From Phoronis australis (lineage: Eukaryota; Animalia; Phoronida), in the NCBI GenBank assembly GCA_002633005.1, contig NMRA01000462.1:165594-229593 (forward strand): 64,000 bases of DNA, read 5' to 3'. Positions 49,932 through 64,000 of this stretch are shown here, piece after piece (positions within the stretch are counted from its first letter, which is position 1; the number at the start of each line of letters is the position of its first letter). The translations under genes were made by a program, and so were the position numbers. The notes under the pieces were generated by a model, which saw only the letters and a program-made list of their open reading frames with translations, was not told the origin of the DNA and ran no database searches.

Positions 49932-52900
49932 GTCACTAAAATTGCACTTCAGGCATTTTTCAGATATTGGCGCTGCTTATATTTTTGATTTTGCCATTTT
50001 GTGAAATCCAGAAAATTGGTTATAAGAATATTAAAAATTGTCTTATCAGCAAACTATTTTACTTCTTGAGTTGTTATACAAAAGGAATGATTTGAAAACT
50101 TGTTCCATGCACCTAGGTAAGGGTGCATATTGCTGTCATCTCTGTCTGGGCATCTGGGTGTCCGGCATCCACTGTTGTTTCTTCTAAAACCCTTGCAGGA
50201 TCGTACTGAGATATATGGCATACGTGTTCCTTTGAAGGTGACAATAGACGACAAGAAGTTTCGTACTCAATTGACTACCACTGTGATATTACTGATTTTG
50301 AAAACAACAGTCTTGTTCAATTACATATAAATAGATCTATGTTTGATGGAATGTCGAAGCTTGCAAGTACATGAGATTTTGTCATGTAATCAAACAGTAG
50401 CTGAGTGTTTTCACAAGTTCTATGCTGTACAAACTATACTTAGAGTCAAACAGTAAATTTATTGCCTGCATTAGTTGAGTATTTGCATTAGTTGAGTATT
50501 TTAGCAATTTTTGGGGGACTGTTTCATGAAACGACTTGAGGCTAAGATGATAGATGCGTCTAGGTTAACTGAGACTGAAATTCGTGAACAACAAACGAAA
50601 TCACTTTTCTAGCTGCTGGGCTGGTATAATTATCTATAAATTAAAGCGTTAACATGAGGCCCTTCGAGTCCATCTGACAAAAACAACTCAAATCTGGTAG
50701 CACGGTAACTCGCCTCCTTCTCTTTTATTCCCACGACGGAAAAACGCCAGGTTTTGCAGCTGCAGAATCCTGGCGTGTTTTTTTTTCTTTTCTTACCGAG
50801 TCATAGCTTCAATCCGTTGATCTCGATCCGGCGAACCTGCTTCTTTGTCGCCGCCAAATATTATTCGGGGTATTCCTCTGGCGCCGGCGTTTACCGTTTA
50901 CGCCTACTAGGTTGTGTGCTCAATATTTGGCGGTGACAGAAATTGAAGAGATAATATCAACGTTGAACAATTTCTGAAATTTGAGTCAAGTGAATACACA
51001 GCCTCGGCATTTTATGCGCTCCCGTTCGCCGCTGCATACAAGTACTCTGTGTGCTGCGGTGGTGTCTATTCACATATTGCAAAACCATGATGAGTGGACT
51101 GTGCAAGTTCCTCACTTATTCTTCCCGTTAAAAGTACTTTTATATTACACGTAAGTGGCCAAGATCTCAACCTTTACTCCAGTTTTTATTGCAGTGCCAC
51201 AGATCAGGGCTTGGAATTTTCCACGGAAACGCGAATTTTCGCTTTTTTCAAATGTTCTGTCCGCTTATTTCATTATATTTCCGCTTAAAAAAAAATCGGA
51301 TTTGATATAAAATTTCCGCGGCAAATTTCCTTCTTACCGCCGGGTTGCCGACGACTTTCACCTCGAAAAGCGAAAGTTGCTCTTTATGTTTCAGAGGAAC
51401 GTAAATTGTCAACATTGCCGGGGCATCTGGGATAGCGTGGTGGATTTCCTCAATGGCGGCTCGTGTGATTGTAAACCGCGGTGACAAATACTACGAATCT
51501 GCAGCCAAAAATGTTTGGAGGTGGGAGTGGCGGACGAGCTAAGGCAGACGCAGACGCACGCTTCCGGAGGTGGTACCGTTTTTTTTTTTTAATCCTCTCG
51601 ATTTTTGTCAGCAAAAGGTCCACGCCGACTTTTTCAAGGCTGGCTGCGCGCATGTTTCGGGCCGTAAAAATTTCCGCGTTTTTCGCCATTGGTCATTCCA
51701 AGTCCTGACAGATAGGTCCACTTTTTGTCCATTTTTGCAAAAAACGAACTGAAGCCCATGCATGGTCATGCCGGAGTTTTCCTGGTTTTGTCTTCCTAAG
51801 TAGCCTATTGAGACAACTTTTCAAAAGCTCTGCATTTCCTATTTTACCCATTCATTTCGGCATTTGTTGTGCGAGTTCTGTTGTGGAATCAGTCCTGTCT
51901 GGAATGTTATGGTCATAAACAGTAGACAATCACCACATTTTGCATTTTGGGTTCAAATTCAATAGTAATCAAGAGTTTGGGTGTCCCGCATCAGGTCAGG
52001 TGTTTACCTAAGTCAACCAAGATGACAGTCATTAATTAGCTTGACAGAGTATTTCGAAACTGTTGCGGTATTAACCCTTTGCCTCATTGGACTGGTACAG
52101 AATAACATCCTCTTTCAACTTTCAATTCGTGGCTAAAAGTTTTCGTTTCGTGTTGTAAACGTGAGTCAGTGAAAGTAGCCTCTTTGGATAGGAGCTGTTT
52201 TAATCCAGAATGAGGTCAAACTACAAAACTAGGTCAAATACAGAAAATTTGTCATGGAACATCTCCCCCTCACAGGGAAGCAAAAAAGATAACTAGATAT
52301 CTAATGGCACTACACTAAACATGTTAACCTTAGAGTATGCCACCAAGACTATCCNGTCACTAAAATTGCACTTCAGGCATTTTTCAGATATTGGCGCTGC
52401 TTATATTTTTGATTTTGCCATTTTGTGAAATTCAGAAAATTGGTTATAAGAATATTAAAAATTGTCTTATCAGCAAACTATTTTACTTCTTGAGTAGTTA
52501 TACAAAAGGAATGATTTGAAAACTTGTTCCATGCACCTAGGTAAGAGTGCATATTGCTGTCATCTCTGTCTGGGCATCTGGGTGTCCGGCATCCACTGTT
52601 GTATCTTCTAAAACACTTGCAGGATCGTACTGAGATATATGGCATACGTGTTCCTTTGATGGTGACAATAGACGATAAGAAGTTGCGTACTGAATTGACT
52701 ACCAATGTGATATTACTGATTTTGAAAACAGCAGTCTTGTTCAATTACATATAAATAGATCTATGTTTGATGGAATGTCGAAGCTTGCAAGTACATGAGA
52801 TTTTGTCATGTAATCAAACAGTAACTAAGTGTTTTCACAAGTTCTATGCTGTACAAACTATACTTAGAGTCAAACAGTAAATTTATTGCCTGCATTAGTT

Positions 52901-54722
52901 GAGTATTTGCATTAGTTGAGTATTTTAGCAATTTTTGGGGGACTGTTTCCTGAAACGACTTGAGGCTAAGATGATAGATGCGTCTAGGTTAACTGAGACG
53001 AAATCACTTAACTGCTGGGCTGGTATAATTATCTATATATTAAAGTGTTAACATGAGGCCCTTCGAGTCCATCTGACAAAAACAACTCAAATCTGGTAGC
53101 ACGGTAACTCGCCTCCTTCTCTTTTGTTCCCACGACAGAAAAACGCCAGCTTTTGCAGCTGCAGAATCCTGGCGTGTTTTTTTCTTTTCTTACCGAGGCA
53201 TAGCTTCAATCCGTTGGTCTCGATCCGGCGAACCTGCTTCTTTCTCGCCGCCAAATATTATTCGGGGTATTCCTCTGGTGCCGGCGTTTACCGTTTACGC
53301 CTACTAGGTTGTGTGCTCAATATTTGGCGGTGACAGAAATTGAAGAGATAATATAAACGTTGAACAATTTCTGAAATTTGAGTCAAGTGAATATACAGCC
53401 TCGGCATTTTATGCGCTCTCGTTCGCCGCTGCATACAAGTACTCTGTGTGCTACGGTGGTGTCTATTCACATATTGCAAAACCATGATGAGTGGACTGTG
53501 CAAGTTCCTCACTTATTCTTCCCGTTAAAAGTACTTTTATATTAGACGTAAGTGGCCAAGATCTCAACCTTTACTCCAGTCTTTATTGCAGTGCCACAGA
53601 TCAGGGCTTTGAATTTTCCACGGAAACGCGAATTTTCGCTTTTTTCAAATGTTCTGTCCGCGTATTTCATTATATTTCCGCTTAAAAAAATCGGATTTGA
53701 TATAAAATTTCCGCGGCAAATTTCCTTCTTACCGCCGGGTTGCCGACGACTTTCACCTTGAAAAGCGGAAGTTGCTCTTTATGTTTTGGAGGAACGTAAA
53801 TTGTCAACATTGCCGGGGCATCTGGGATAGCGTGGTGGGTTTCCTCAATGGCGGCTCGTGTGATTGTAAACCGCAGTGACAAATAGTACGAATCTGCAGC
53901 CAAAAATGTTTGGAGGTGGGAGTGGCGGACGAGCTAAGACAGACGCAGACGCACGCTTCCGGAGGTGGTACCGTTTTTTTTTTTAGTCCTCTCGATTTTT
54001 GTCGGCAAAAGGTCCACGCCGACTTTTTCAAGGTTGGCTGCGCGCATGTTTCGGGCCGTAAAAATTTCCGCGTTTTTTGCCATTGGTCATTCCAAGTCCT
54101 GACAGATAGGTTCACTTTTTGTCCATGCATGGTCATGCCGGAGTTTTCCTGGCTTTGTCTTCCTAAGTAGCCTATTGAGACAACTTTTCAAAAGCTCTGC
54201 ATTTCCTATTTTACCCATTTATTTCGGCATTTGTTGTGCGAGTTCTGTTGTGGAATCAGTCCTGTCTGGAATGTTATGGTCATAAACAGTAGACAATCAC
54301 CACATTTTGCATTTTAGGTTCAAATTCAATAGTAAGCAAGAGTTTGGGGTGTCCCGCTTCAGGTCAGGTGTTTACCTAAGTCAACCGAGATGACAGTCAT
54401 TAATTAGCTTGACAGAGTATTTTGAAACTGTTGCGGTATTAACCCTTTGCCTCATTGGACTGGTGCAGAATAACATCCTCTTTCAACTTTCAATTCGTGG
54501 CTAAAAGTTTTCGTTTCGTATTGTAAACGTGAGTCAGTGAAAGTAGCCTCGTTGGATAGGAGCTATTTTAATCCAGAATGAGGTCAAACTACAAAACTAG
54601 GTCAAATACAGAAAATTTGTCATGGAACATCTCCCCCCCACAGGTAAGCAAAAAAGATAACTAGATATCTAATGGCACTACACTAAACATGTTAACCTTA
54701 GAGTATGCCACCAAGACTATCC
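49932..54722 (+). repeat. 2.4-kb near-identical tandem duplication (49932-52354 / 52356-54722) joined by a single N; probable uncollapsed alleles
   Basis: Colinear throughout with substitutions and small indels. The junction is exactly at N 52355. Confidence 0.85.
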
Positions 54723-55427
54723 AAAGTCAGATGTTCGGTGACCTATTTTGTATAAAACAGTTTTCAAGTTATAAAATAAGATTTGTCACTTCTAGCATAG
54801 CATTCATGTTTTCGTGTGTGACACTTTCCTGTCATTGTGTATGCTTTGTAGTCAGTGTTATTCACAACTCAAAATCCAAATCTGTCCAAAAGACAGTGAC
54901 TGGACTCGACTTGTCAGCCATTCTTTGTTATGGGAAAACACAAAGCCCGTATGTTGCAGGTTACCCAAACCTGACAGGAGCATCAGCAAACCTGTCGAAG
55001 CCACAGGTTTTAAAAAGGGTCGTGGAGAACACTGTTATATGTACTTGGTGTTACGTTGTTTTTCTTTTCTCTTTTATTGGCGCAGGTTACTACAAAAAAC
55101 AACTCAAGTTTGGAAATTACTTTTTGTTAATAATTGATTAAAAACCTCGATTACTGGTTTCAAAACTTCATCACAATGGGACAGGGGGGGGGGGGCAGAA
55201 CTTTATCGGGCGTATTTGCCAGTCTGTAGGACATTGAATTTTTTTGCCTATGAACACTACTCCGCCATGTATCTAGTCGAGTATCATTTGAAGATCTGTG
55301 TACAATACAGGGTCCATTTGCTGAAAGACAAAGCTGGTGTAATCCAGATGCTTAGGCCACTGTGCTCTCTCTTTGCCACAGTCTGTTCGCACAGCAATAG
55401 ACTCCACGCTCTACTATGATAGGAATA

Positions 55428-57205
55428 CCGTAAACGTTCGGGTTAATTGGCAAACCCAAAAAATCGGGGGTGGGCGGTTAACCAGACATGGGCTCTTAAA
55501 CGTGAAACTTCAAAAAATCCAGGGTGGGCGGTTAACCGAACATGGGCGCTTATTACAACAGGCAAGCGCCCTGGGCGGTTAATCTTACCTTTTGATCAGT
55601 ACCCACACCACAGGCCTACTCAGAACGCGTAGCACTTTTCAAAGAGCATTATCGTCACGTCGCCACATGACGGGAAAAATGTCATAACAGCGGATGATCC
55701 TAACAAAGGTTATCATGCCCTCAGATTAGTTAGTCAATATTAAATTTACAGAATTGCTGAGTAATAGCCCCGTGCCGTCCTGCGGTCTTGTTATTTAGCC
55801 CTGTAGTGTAGAGCGCAGACAACCAGTGACCACGCAGCCTCTACTTGGATTGCAACTGTTTCATCTTGCTCAAGTGCGCGCGTGCAAGCTTCACGTGTTG
55901 CAGAGGTCACAGCAGACATCAGATTTATGGTTACAGTCTCGTACTAGCTGCCAAGTTCATGTCAGAGAGCAGTTTTAAAATTGGTTGTAATAAAAGTTTG
56001 TAAACCTTAATTCAGATGTTTTTTGTGTTTGGGATGTTTATAGTGAACACTCCGTGACTCAATGACATTTTCAGCGTATGGTTCTGTGGCTTGCTGTTTT
56101 ATCTCGACTGCCCGGCATTGCTCACTTGCCGTTGCGCCAAACATGCTCGGCAAAGAAGTAGGCCCAAGACAAGAATCGGGGTTAAGCGGCTGTGTGCCAC
56201 TCGTCAATCAAGAATAAAATTTCGAGCCACGGCATAAATATGTGATAAAAGGCTACAAAACAGCGATGTTTCAATTCATAAACGATCACCTTACCAAACT
56301 TCGTGGTGGAAAAACATTTATTTTTCATGCAAGATGTCCAGATTATCCTATTTATATCACTTGCAATATCGCACTGCGGCACTGTGCGGTCCCGTTGTTA
56401 GCGCGCAATGTCTCAGTCGGCTGACAATCGTGATTTGGAAATGCCGTGAAGTAATATAACGGCCTCTTTCAATATGCATCTCGTTTTTTATGGCCAAAGA
56501 TAGCGACGGGATTCAGCACGCGCGTAGGGCCTACGTGCGAGTCACCTGTCAATCACATGTTGGTGTCAAGGTAACATGCACTCCAGAGAGTGGGAACTTG
56601 CGCGCGTGCACCACTACAAAGTCACACATCAAAAGAGAATAGCGACAGTCCTAACTAACAGAAACGGGCGTGACTATATACTTTTAACCATTGTCTCATT
56701 TCTCTGGCCTGATTTTTTCGAATATATGTTTTATCAAGTGCACTGCAGACGAAAACTCAGCACGGCAGACAAAGTCGCTGAAAGCGGAGGTTTTGACGCC
56801 GGCGGCGTTCTTAAACTTTGCAAACATGGGAAGAAAATAACGTGACAAAAACGTTCAAGTATTGTATTTTGAAGTGAGTCCATGACCCAAGACAATAACT
56901 CGTTACTTGTATAATTGCAATTCACATTGCTAAACCACCGTCTCGGAGGCCCGGCGTCGTTGCGCTCATTGTGATCATCGATCTTTTTCTGAAAGTCGGG
57001 GAATCGCGCGTTTCCTTAGCACTGGGCGCTAAATCTTCATTCTTTAAAAGTCGGAAATGGGCGCTTAACCGAGAGGTGGGCGCTTAACTGGAAATCTTCA
57101 AAAATTGCAGGGTGGCGCTTAACCGAGCAGTGGGCGGTTAAATCGAAAATCCACCAAAGGTAGGGGGTGGTAACTGAGCATGGGCGTTAACCCGAACGTT
57201 TACGG
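55428..57205. mobile_element. 1.78-kb non-autonomous Tc1/mariner/pogo-type element
   Basis: TA|CCGTAAACGTTCGGGTTAA ... TTAACCCGAACGTTTACGG|TA: perfect 19-bp TIR and TA TSD, with multiple TGGGCGSTTAA subterminal repeats. Confidence 0.92.
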
Positions 57206-60200
57206 TAGTACCAAGATAATTTGATTGAGGACTTTGTTCACTACAGCTACACACACGTTAAACATGCACTCATGAATATATCCGTACATGTGAATTTGAG
57301 GTATGGTAGTAAAGACACATTGCATGTTTGTACTTTGTGGTATTATCACCATCCCATTTGTGTATAGGAAAAAAACAATAAAACTGGATGTTCAACAGAA
57401 AGTGAAATGCGTTCTTTAAGAACAAAAAATTGATGACAATAACAAATGGTACTTAAAATCATTGATAACAGCAGAGCTTTTACATATTTTTATTTCCTAG
57501 CTTAAGCATGTATCACCAGGGCAACTTCCCATCTCTTTCATAAACACAGTGAAACCCAATTCCAGTTCAGTAGCTGGTACCTATGCAAAGCAGGGGATCC
57601 AACTGGTTTTCTTTAATTCTGATTTATGGATATTCACAAACCACAGTTGTTGTTGGTGGTGGTGGTTGTTTTGGCCAACCCATCTTTAGGCTAGGTAAAA
57701 ATAAATCTGTTTATCCTCTCCACTCGCATCTAAAAATGTCGCGCAGTATTTCTTAAATAATTAATTTGAAGTGCCATTAAAAAGCGTTTGTAGGACATGA
57801 AGGTACTCCCACAGAATACAGAAATTCATCTATCACCGTATCGTATGGGATCTGCAAGTCGTATCATCTGTACTGCCACGCGTCTCTGGTTGATTGAGCA
57901 ACACCCCTCAAAGAATACGATTTGTTATTCAAATGACGCTTTGGGAGTGAGTTTGCTTGCAATGAGGCTAATGTGAATTTGTTAAGCCTATAATAGTCTT
58001 TACGCGGATGCAGGCAATTATGGTAGATTTTGCCGTGAGAGTCTGCGATAGCACTTCAAGCAACGCCTTCAAATAAAATTCAAAGAGTGCCTCCCACGCT
58101 AACTTCTGGATTACCCCCGCACGATAAACATGTTGTTTTTTTACCTGACATTAACAGCTGTTCCCCTGTCATAAGTCACCTGTTACGGGGTTTAGAGGTA
58201 ATTTCTTTAATCCAGGATTTCCTTTTGTAATTTATTTTCATCTTTGCAAAATCTGTGAAGCCTGTTTGCCAAAATCACTGATACAGTACATCGACATATT
58301 ATTCTGCCTCATTCACGTAGATGTTCACCCTAGGTGTTTTCCTGCAAAGTGCAAACAATCACATTTTTTGCCATCTCACCTACAGAATATGTTGTTCCAA
58401 AAGGAAATTTTGTGACTTATTCAACATTGCAGGGTTTAGTGCGGGTGTAATGGAGTGCTAGTACATTAATTTAGCACACCATATGGCTGCTAAGTATAAT
58501 TTTGTTTTTGCAACATTTTCTACACAAGTAAACCCCAAGAAATTTCTACTCCACCAGTGACTTGATAGCTTGTAGTAAAGTAGTCTCTGAAAATCATACT
58601 TGGCAGTTTTGACATTTTTGTACAATAATTGGAGAATTTCCTCAGTTTTATCTTTTAAACTTATGTTTGTTGATTGGTATATTCAAATACTGACCCATTT
58701 ACTTTTTCATTATAACTGCTTTGGTAGCAGAGTAACTTAATGGTATCACGTCAATCATTTATTGTTTTACCTCTCTGTCATTTGCTAATTTCTATGCTAG
58801 TTTTTCAAATTTCAACCTGCCTTCTGCTAAAGAGAGTACCTACTGATTTGGACCACATACCTCTATGAAATTAGTGTCAACGTGTTCCTTACTCAGATGA
58901 GAAGTGATTTTGAGATGGGGAAAGTACTGTTTTTAATTGCATCAGCCATGTAGTTGAAGCTGGTCTCAACCAATAAAAATCATTTCTTTTCAAAACCATG
59001 AGACCAATTTCCTTTCTGTGAGTGGTCCAAATCAAGTATTTTTGACATAAGGCGGACCTAGTCCTTTGCATCTTCGATTTAATTCTGCCTATTTGAGTGC
59101 CCAAAATGTTGTTGTTAAAGGTTTGATAACTTCAGTGCTGCGGCTTCTTAAAACTGTGATATTTTTATGAGGACTCCATCATGTAGTAATAATGACCCTA
59201 ACTTTCGGCAAGTTCAATACACATGAAAGTCTGAGGGCTCTGTTAACCCAGAAATTATGACTAACAGCATTTAACCTTTGCTACCCACCCTCCCACAACT
59301 TGTCTGTAAGATTAATGGGACATCAGTGTTTTTTCAATTTCACAATGAGTCACTCTTCACAGTGCATTCTCGTTGCTTCACTTTCACAGTTCCCTTTCAT
59401 ATTTGAGTAACTATCTCTTGGTGTTGTAAATGGACTCTTTTTTTATGGCCGAAAAGTACATTTTTGGGATTATCATTGGATGAGATAGACTTCTTGAAGT
59501 TAGTACAAAATTTGTTCTGTTTGTGATTTTATTGCAGGTTGTCAATTCTCACCATTGTCTGCCTGACATTCACTGAAATCAAGGCTGGTGTCTTTACCAT
59601 ATAAAAACGCTTAATGAATCACTGCATTTTAATGTGTTGGATTTGACTGAGCGGTAAAAGATCTCTAGACCTGGTACTATGTAATTGGGGAGTTTGATTC
59701 TGCACTGCGAATTTCTGTAAAATCACTTTTCTCGACAACTACGTCCCTTTAATAAATAAAAAGCAGTACGTCTGTACAAGTTGTTCACAATATTAAGTGG
59801 TTTATGGCTGGTGCAGTGAAGTTGAAAGCAGTTTGAGGTAGAATGATCCAGGACCAATCTAGGACATAATATTGTCGACAAAGTAGGACCAGTTGTTTAC
59901 CATAGCAGCCATCAGATAATATGTTAAAAATATCTTGCATTCATTACAATGTTGGAAGCCTTTGAAAGAAGACAGTTGTGGCAATTATTATTATTATTTT
60001 TTTTGAAGTTTGTGCGACTTTATTCTCTTGTTACATTTCTTGTTGAAAGCCACATTCTGAATGATACTGTTGAATATCCTGAATCTTTTGCTGGATCTTT
60101 GTGTAATCTGACTTTGTTTTCCTACAAATGTGACAGTAGCAGCCACGATTTTTCAGAGAACTGACTACGGCTAAGAAATTTGCCAAACAAGTTTCTATTA

Positions 60201-63200
60201 CGGAGATGTGACAACACTTCCATTTGGGGATGGATTTGACGTATTCTAAGCCACCTAGTGGTCATCTTGAGCCAAAGGGCTCAAGATCATTATGAGAATT
60301 GATAGATGTGTTCTTACTGATGACAGCAGGACTGATGTACATTGCAGTGTTCTGCAACAAAATTTCCAAACTTGAGGCAAATATTTTTGTTAGTAGTAAA
60401 CACTGTTCTTTCCCTAACAACATGGTCACTGTGTATTTATATACGTTTTAAAGTGTACACTGAACTTGTGTGACCTACTTTTTGACTTTCCTACCAATTT
60501 TTCACCATAAGTCCTCCAAAGTATTTATGACACTCAGAAAATCAAACTAAAGGTTATAAGTTCCTTTAATAATAAGAATGTCAATTCTAGTAGTAATTCT
60601 ACTTATTAAATACTACTAAGGATGTGACCTAGTATTTAGGGACACCTGTTGTCCAGTTGAATAAGTTCTAATTTGCCACCAGATGTCAGTCAAAATCAAA
60701 ATCCTTTAAATTAAGCATATCAAATTGTTAATTTACAGGTTTAAGTGCAAAATTGTAGTTAAAATAATATTGCTGGCTAGTCAATTATTAAGGTAACGTA
60801 GCTGACACCACAAAATTAGGTTAGAAAAAGTATTTCTTCAGATTTTTTTAGCAATAATTTACACTCTATTATTACAAAAATTAGGTCATATATGTATTAG
60901 CAACTATGATTGTTGTTAGCTAATTCACCCTCATTTGTGATTCCGAGTGCAAAAGTGCCAAGCCAGTCAAAGTTTTAACTTGGCGAGGCACTTTTCAAAC
61001 TTGATGCATTCTCCAAACTCGAGTTGTTGCATTGTGGAGTCAAAACCGGTCATGGAGAACACTGAATTGTCAGATCCATTCAACTTCTTTGGGCCTCCAA
61101 ATAGCATTTTTGCATCTGCTTATGTATCTCATAAACCCCTTTGCAAGTTCTTAACGAGAGATGGTTGGATCCAACTTCAGCTTTGCCTCGTAATAGCAGT
61201 TTATTTTTTCCGCATTTGCCTGCGTGTGCTCGTGTTTCTTGATAGATTGTCATGACATTTGGCAAATAGTTTACCATTAAGGAGACAATGACGCCTTTGC
61301 ATTTGTGGTTGAGTTCTACAAATTTTGTGCCATCTAATGGCCATTGTTATGACATTATTAAACTAGAAGCATACAATTTGCGGTGCTGTCATGTGCTCCT
61401 TTCACCTCTCCACATTGTTCTTGTTTTCATAAGAGGTATGCAGCTCAAAGCTCTGTATATCATAGCTACCAACAGATATTAACTTTGAAAAGTTGCTGGC
61501 ATTCACAAAAATGTTGGAATCCCTGGATAAATGAAAGAGGCAATTTTTGCAGTTATTTTGTTCCATAAATTCTAGCACTGTATAAAAGTAATATAGCTTT
61601 ACAATTTTTTTTACAGTGCACTGCACCGCACTGAAGAGAGTGTGGTCCTATTTTTTAGTCGCGCCGTGTTGAAATGTCGCTCATTACTGCAAAACTTGCC
61701 GATTTCATTTTTGTTGCACCGTGCACTACAAATACCCATAAAAATAACACAGACATTTTCAGCCCTCACAAATAGTTGTACCAGTCAGGATGACCTTGTA
61801 ACAGGGTGTGATAGTTCTGCAATCTTGATCTTTCAATTAATGGAGCAGTTATGGTCTGGGAACAGTCAAACACTGCTTTCTATTTGAGCTACTGACAGTA
61901 TGCCCTGTCTGGGCACTCTCCAAGGTGAATGGGTAGACCAATGTTTAGGGTGCCATTTTCCTGCTCTCATTGGCTGTGTGAAACATTCTATAAGCTGGAG
62001 AAATCAGAACTTATCTTTCGCCAGTGATGAACATGGGCATGGATCAAGTCATTGACCTCACCCTCACTGCTGTGTTTATAGTGGAATGACATATGATGAT
62101 GATATACTAAAATGCCTGATGATAGGCGTTACCTAAGGTACCAGCTGCCCAGCGGCACAACATGGTGTCTGCTACAACTCCTGGGGTCAAGTCTGGGTTG
62201 ACCAGGCTGTTTTCGGAGGCATCTAGCCCAGAAATAACTTTTGCATGCCTGTTTGTGAATGGTGCTTCCCTGTACTAGAACGTCTGCAGCTTTTATATCA
62301 TGTTCTTGTGACGTTTGTGAGATGGCACTTTTACAACAGCTATGTACGTCACGTGAATACACTTTTAGACGTTGCTTATTGCGCACTTGGGTTAAGAATG
62401 TTGTCTTGGGGGTGTTGTTTCTGCTGCTTGCGAATATAGAATTGATTGCATGTTTCTTCATGTGATACATAGTCGATCATCTATGAAATGGCAAAGATAT
62501 TTTTACTGTAAAATTCTCACCAATTTCAGACAAAAATAATGGCCAGGAATGCCTTTTATATTTTTCAGAAGTGTCTAGCATTCTTGTGAACGCTCACAAT
62601 TTTTCAAAAGTGATGGTCATCGTGGAATAAGACTTGAACATGAATTACCATTTAACTTTGTACTACATCTGTTTCTTGGAAAACGTGATAAAATTAAATT
62701 TCCGTTGTCAGCCATTCTGTGTCCTATTTTTTGAGATTTTACCGTACTTGGTTTTGGTCCATTCTTGATACTTTGCATTGAAGCGGCCATAAACCGCTGC
62801 TCAGTCCAAGAAGTGAACTTTTCATTTAGACCACTTACCGCTGTAAAATGACCCTCCACTGATTTTTGAGTTTTCAAAGAACTCACTGTATATTGAGACC
62901 ACACTCAGCGTAACAAAGTGTCAGAGTCATTGCTAATTTAATTGAGGAATACTTCAAGAAGAATTTCATGGCACTAAGTGGTATTGATCAAAAGTTGGTT
63001 TTTATGATGATTGGTGGATTTGTAGCTGCTTTAAATGTTGGAATTGTGTTCACATCAGTGTCTACAATTATTTTGTGACCAATAAGTATAGTTTCGGTTT
63101 ATTTGCAAACACATGTAGTACCATACCAGTTCAAAATTTAGATACTTGTTTCCAAATTCCAAGCAATATCTCAATAGTAAACCTCCGAATTTAATAAGAA

Positions 63201-64000
63201 AAATAGAACTGTAATCATGTTTCACAAAATACATTTATTCAAAGAATTAATTAGTTCAGCAATGAGCGATTAATAAAAGTATGAAAGTAGAGTTTTTGTA
63301 TTCTCTCCCTTTTTCATAAATGTATAGAACACTTTCTTGTATGTGTTGTTTCATTTTTTTCTTTGTTTAATTATGAAAAATCTAGTCCCATTGTATTGTG
63401 AAGTCAGGAAATATAACCCTAGGCTCTTGACCTTGCACAATAAAAAGTAAAACGTATAAAGTTTCACTAACAATATTTTAGAAATTTGCACCTCAACTTT
63501 ACACAAGTGCTTCAGATATCGGCACAGGTGCCTTATACCAATATAGGTGCAGTTTCAAATATAAATGGTATAATGATAATGAAACAGCATATAAATACTA
63601 AGTACAGTAACAATTTATTTTAATGATAAACTGTATTGGTAATATTAAAAACATAAGTGAATAAATATAGTGATGCACAATAAAAACAGAAATAACAATA
63701 ACAAATGATAATGATAAAGACAAGCTAATAAATATAAATATATTAATACCTATATTCTAAATATGTTAATACCAGTCCTTTGCTAGCCCTGTTGCTGGGC
63801 ACTTAACAATTGGAATATATTCAAAAATGCCCATTGATGAGACTTGCAATTGGGTTTCCGTGATTCTCATGCGTATGTCCCTCCGGAATGTCGATGGCAG
63901 TATATGCTGTGCAAACTTTACGATTAATGCCAGCAGTACTTAGCACAGCCGTCACAGTGACCTGGTTCACTTAAAAGTACTTTAAAGCTGCACCTGTGCT

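Noticed and set aside
50700-51800. GC-richer block with many short ORFs, duplicated at 53100-54170
   Set aside because: The ORFs are not preserved between the two near-identical copies; probably a repeat interior.

Overview
AT-rich, repeat-rich eukaryotic DNA with spliceosomal introns, most likely a heterozygous invertebrate animal draft assembly. It has one ~530-N gap and several single-N joins. No prokaryotic features, CRISPR arrays or rRNA were seen. By hand-splicing I reconstruct five genes: the last exon of allantoicase (+, 1210-1448); a 3-exon ceramide-kinase-like gene (-, 8742-5025, 630 aa); BORCS7 (-, 5 coding exons, 13481-8766, 103 aa); ATP synthase subunit ATP5MK/USMG5/DAPIT (+, 22272-22765, 58 aa); and an ADISSP/C20orf27 homolog (-, 5 exons, 35264-28361, 166 aa). 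The standout observation is that the last BORCS7 exon is physically the same exon as the first coding exon of the kinase. The BORCS7 stop lies only 23 nt before the kinase ATG, in a different frame, which predicts a spliced bicistronic BORCS7-kinase mRNA. The kinase is also intron-poor and carries a ~200-aa Ser/Thr-rich insertion. The rest is mostly non-autonomous DNA transposons (TA-TSD elements, a foldback element with an 8-bp TSD, Helentron-like elements, a deleted Kolobok-like remnant), tRNA-derived repeats, satellites and probable uncollapsed allelic duplications. All homology calls come from my recall of the protein families, not from database searches.
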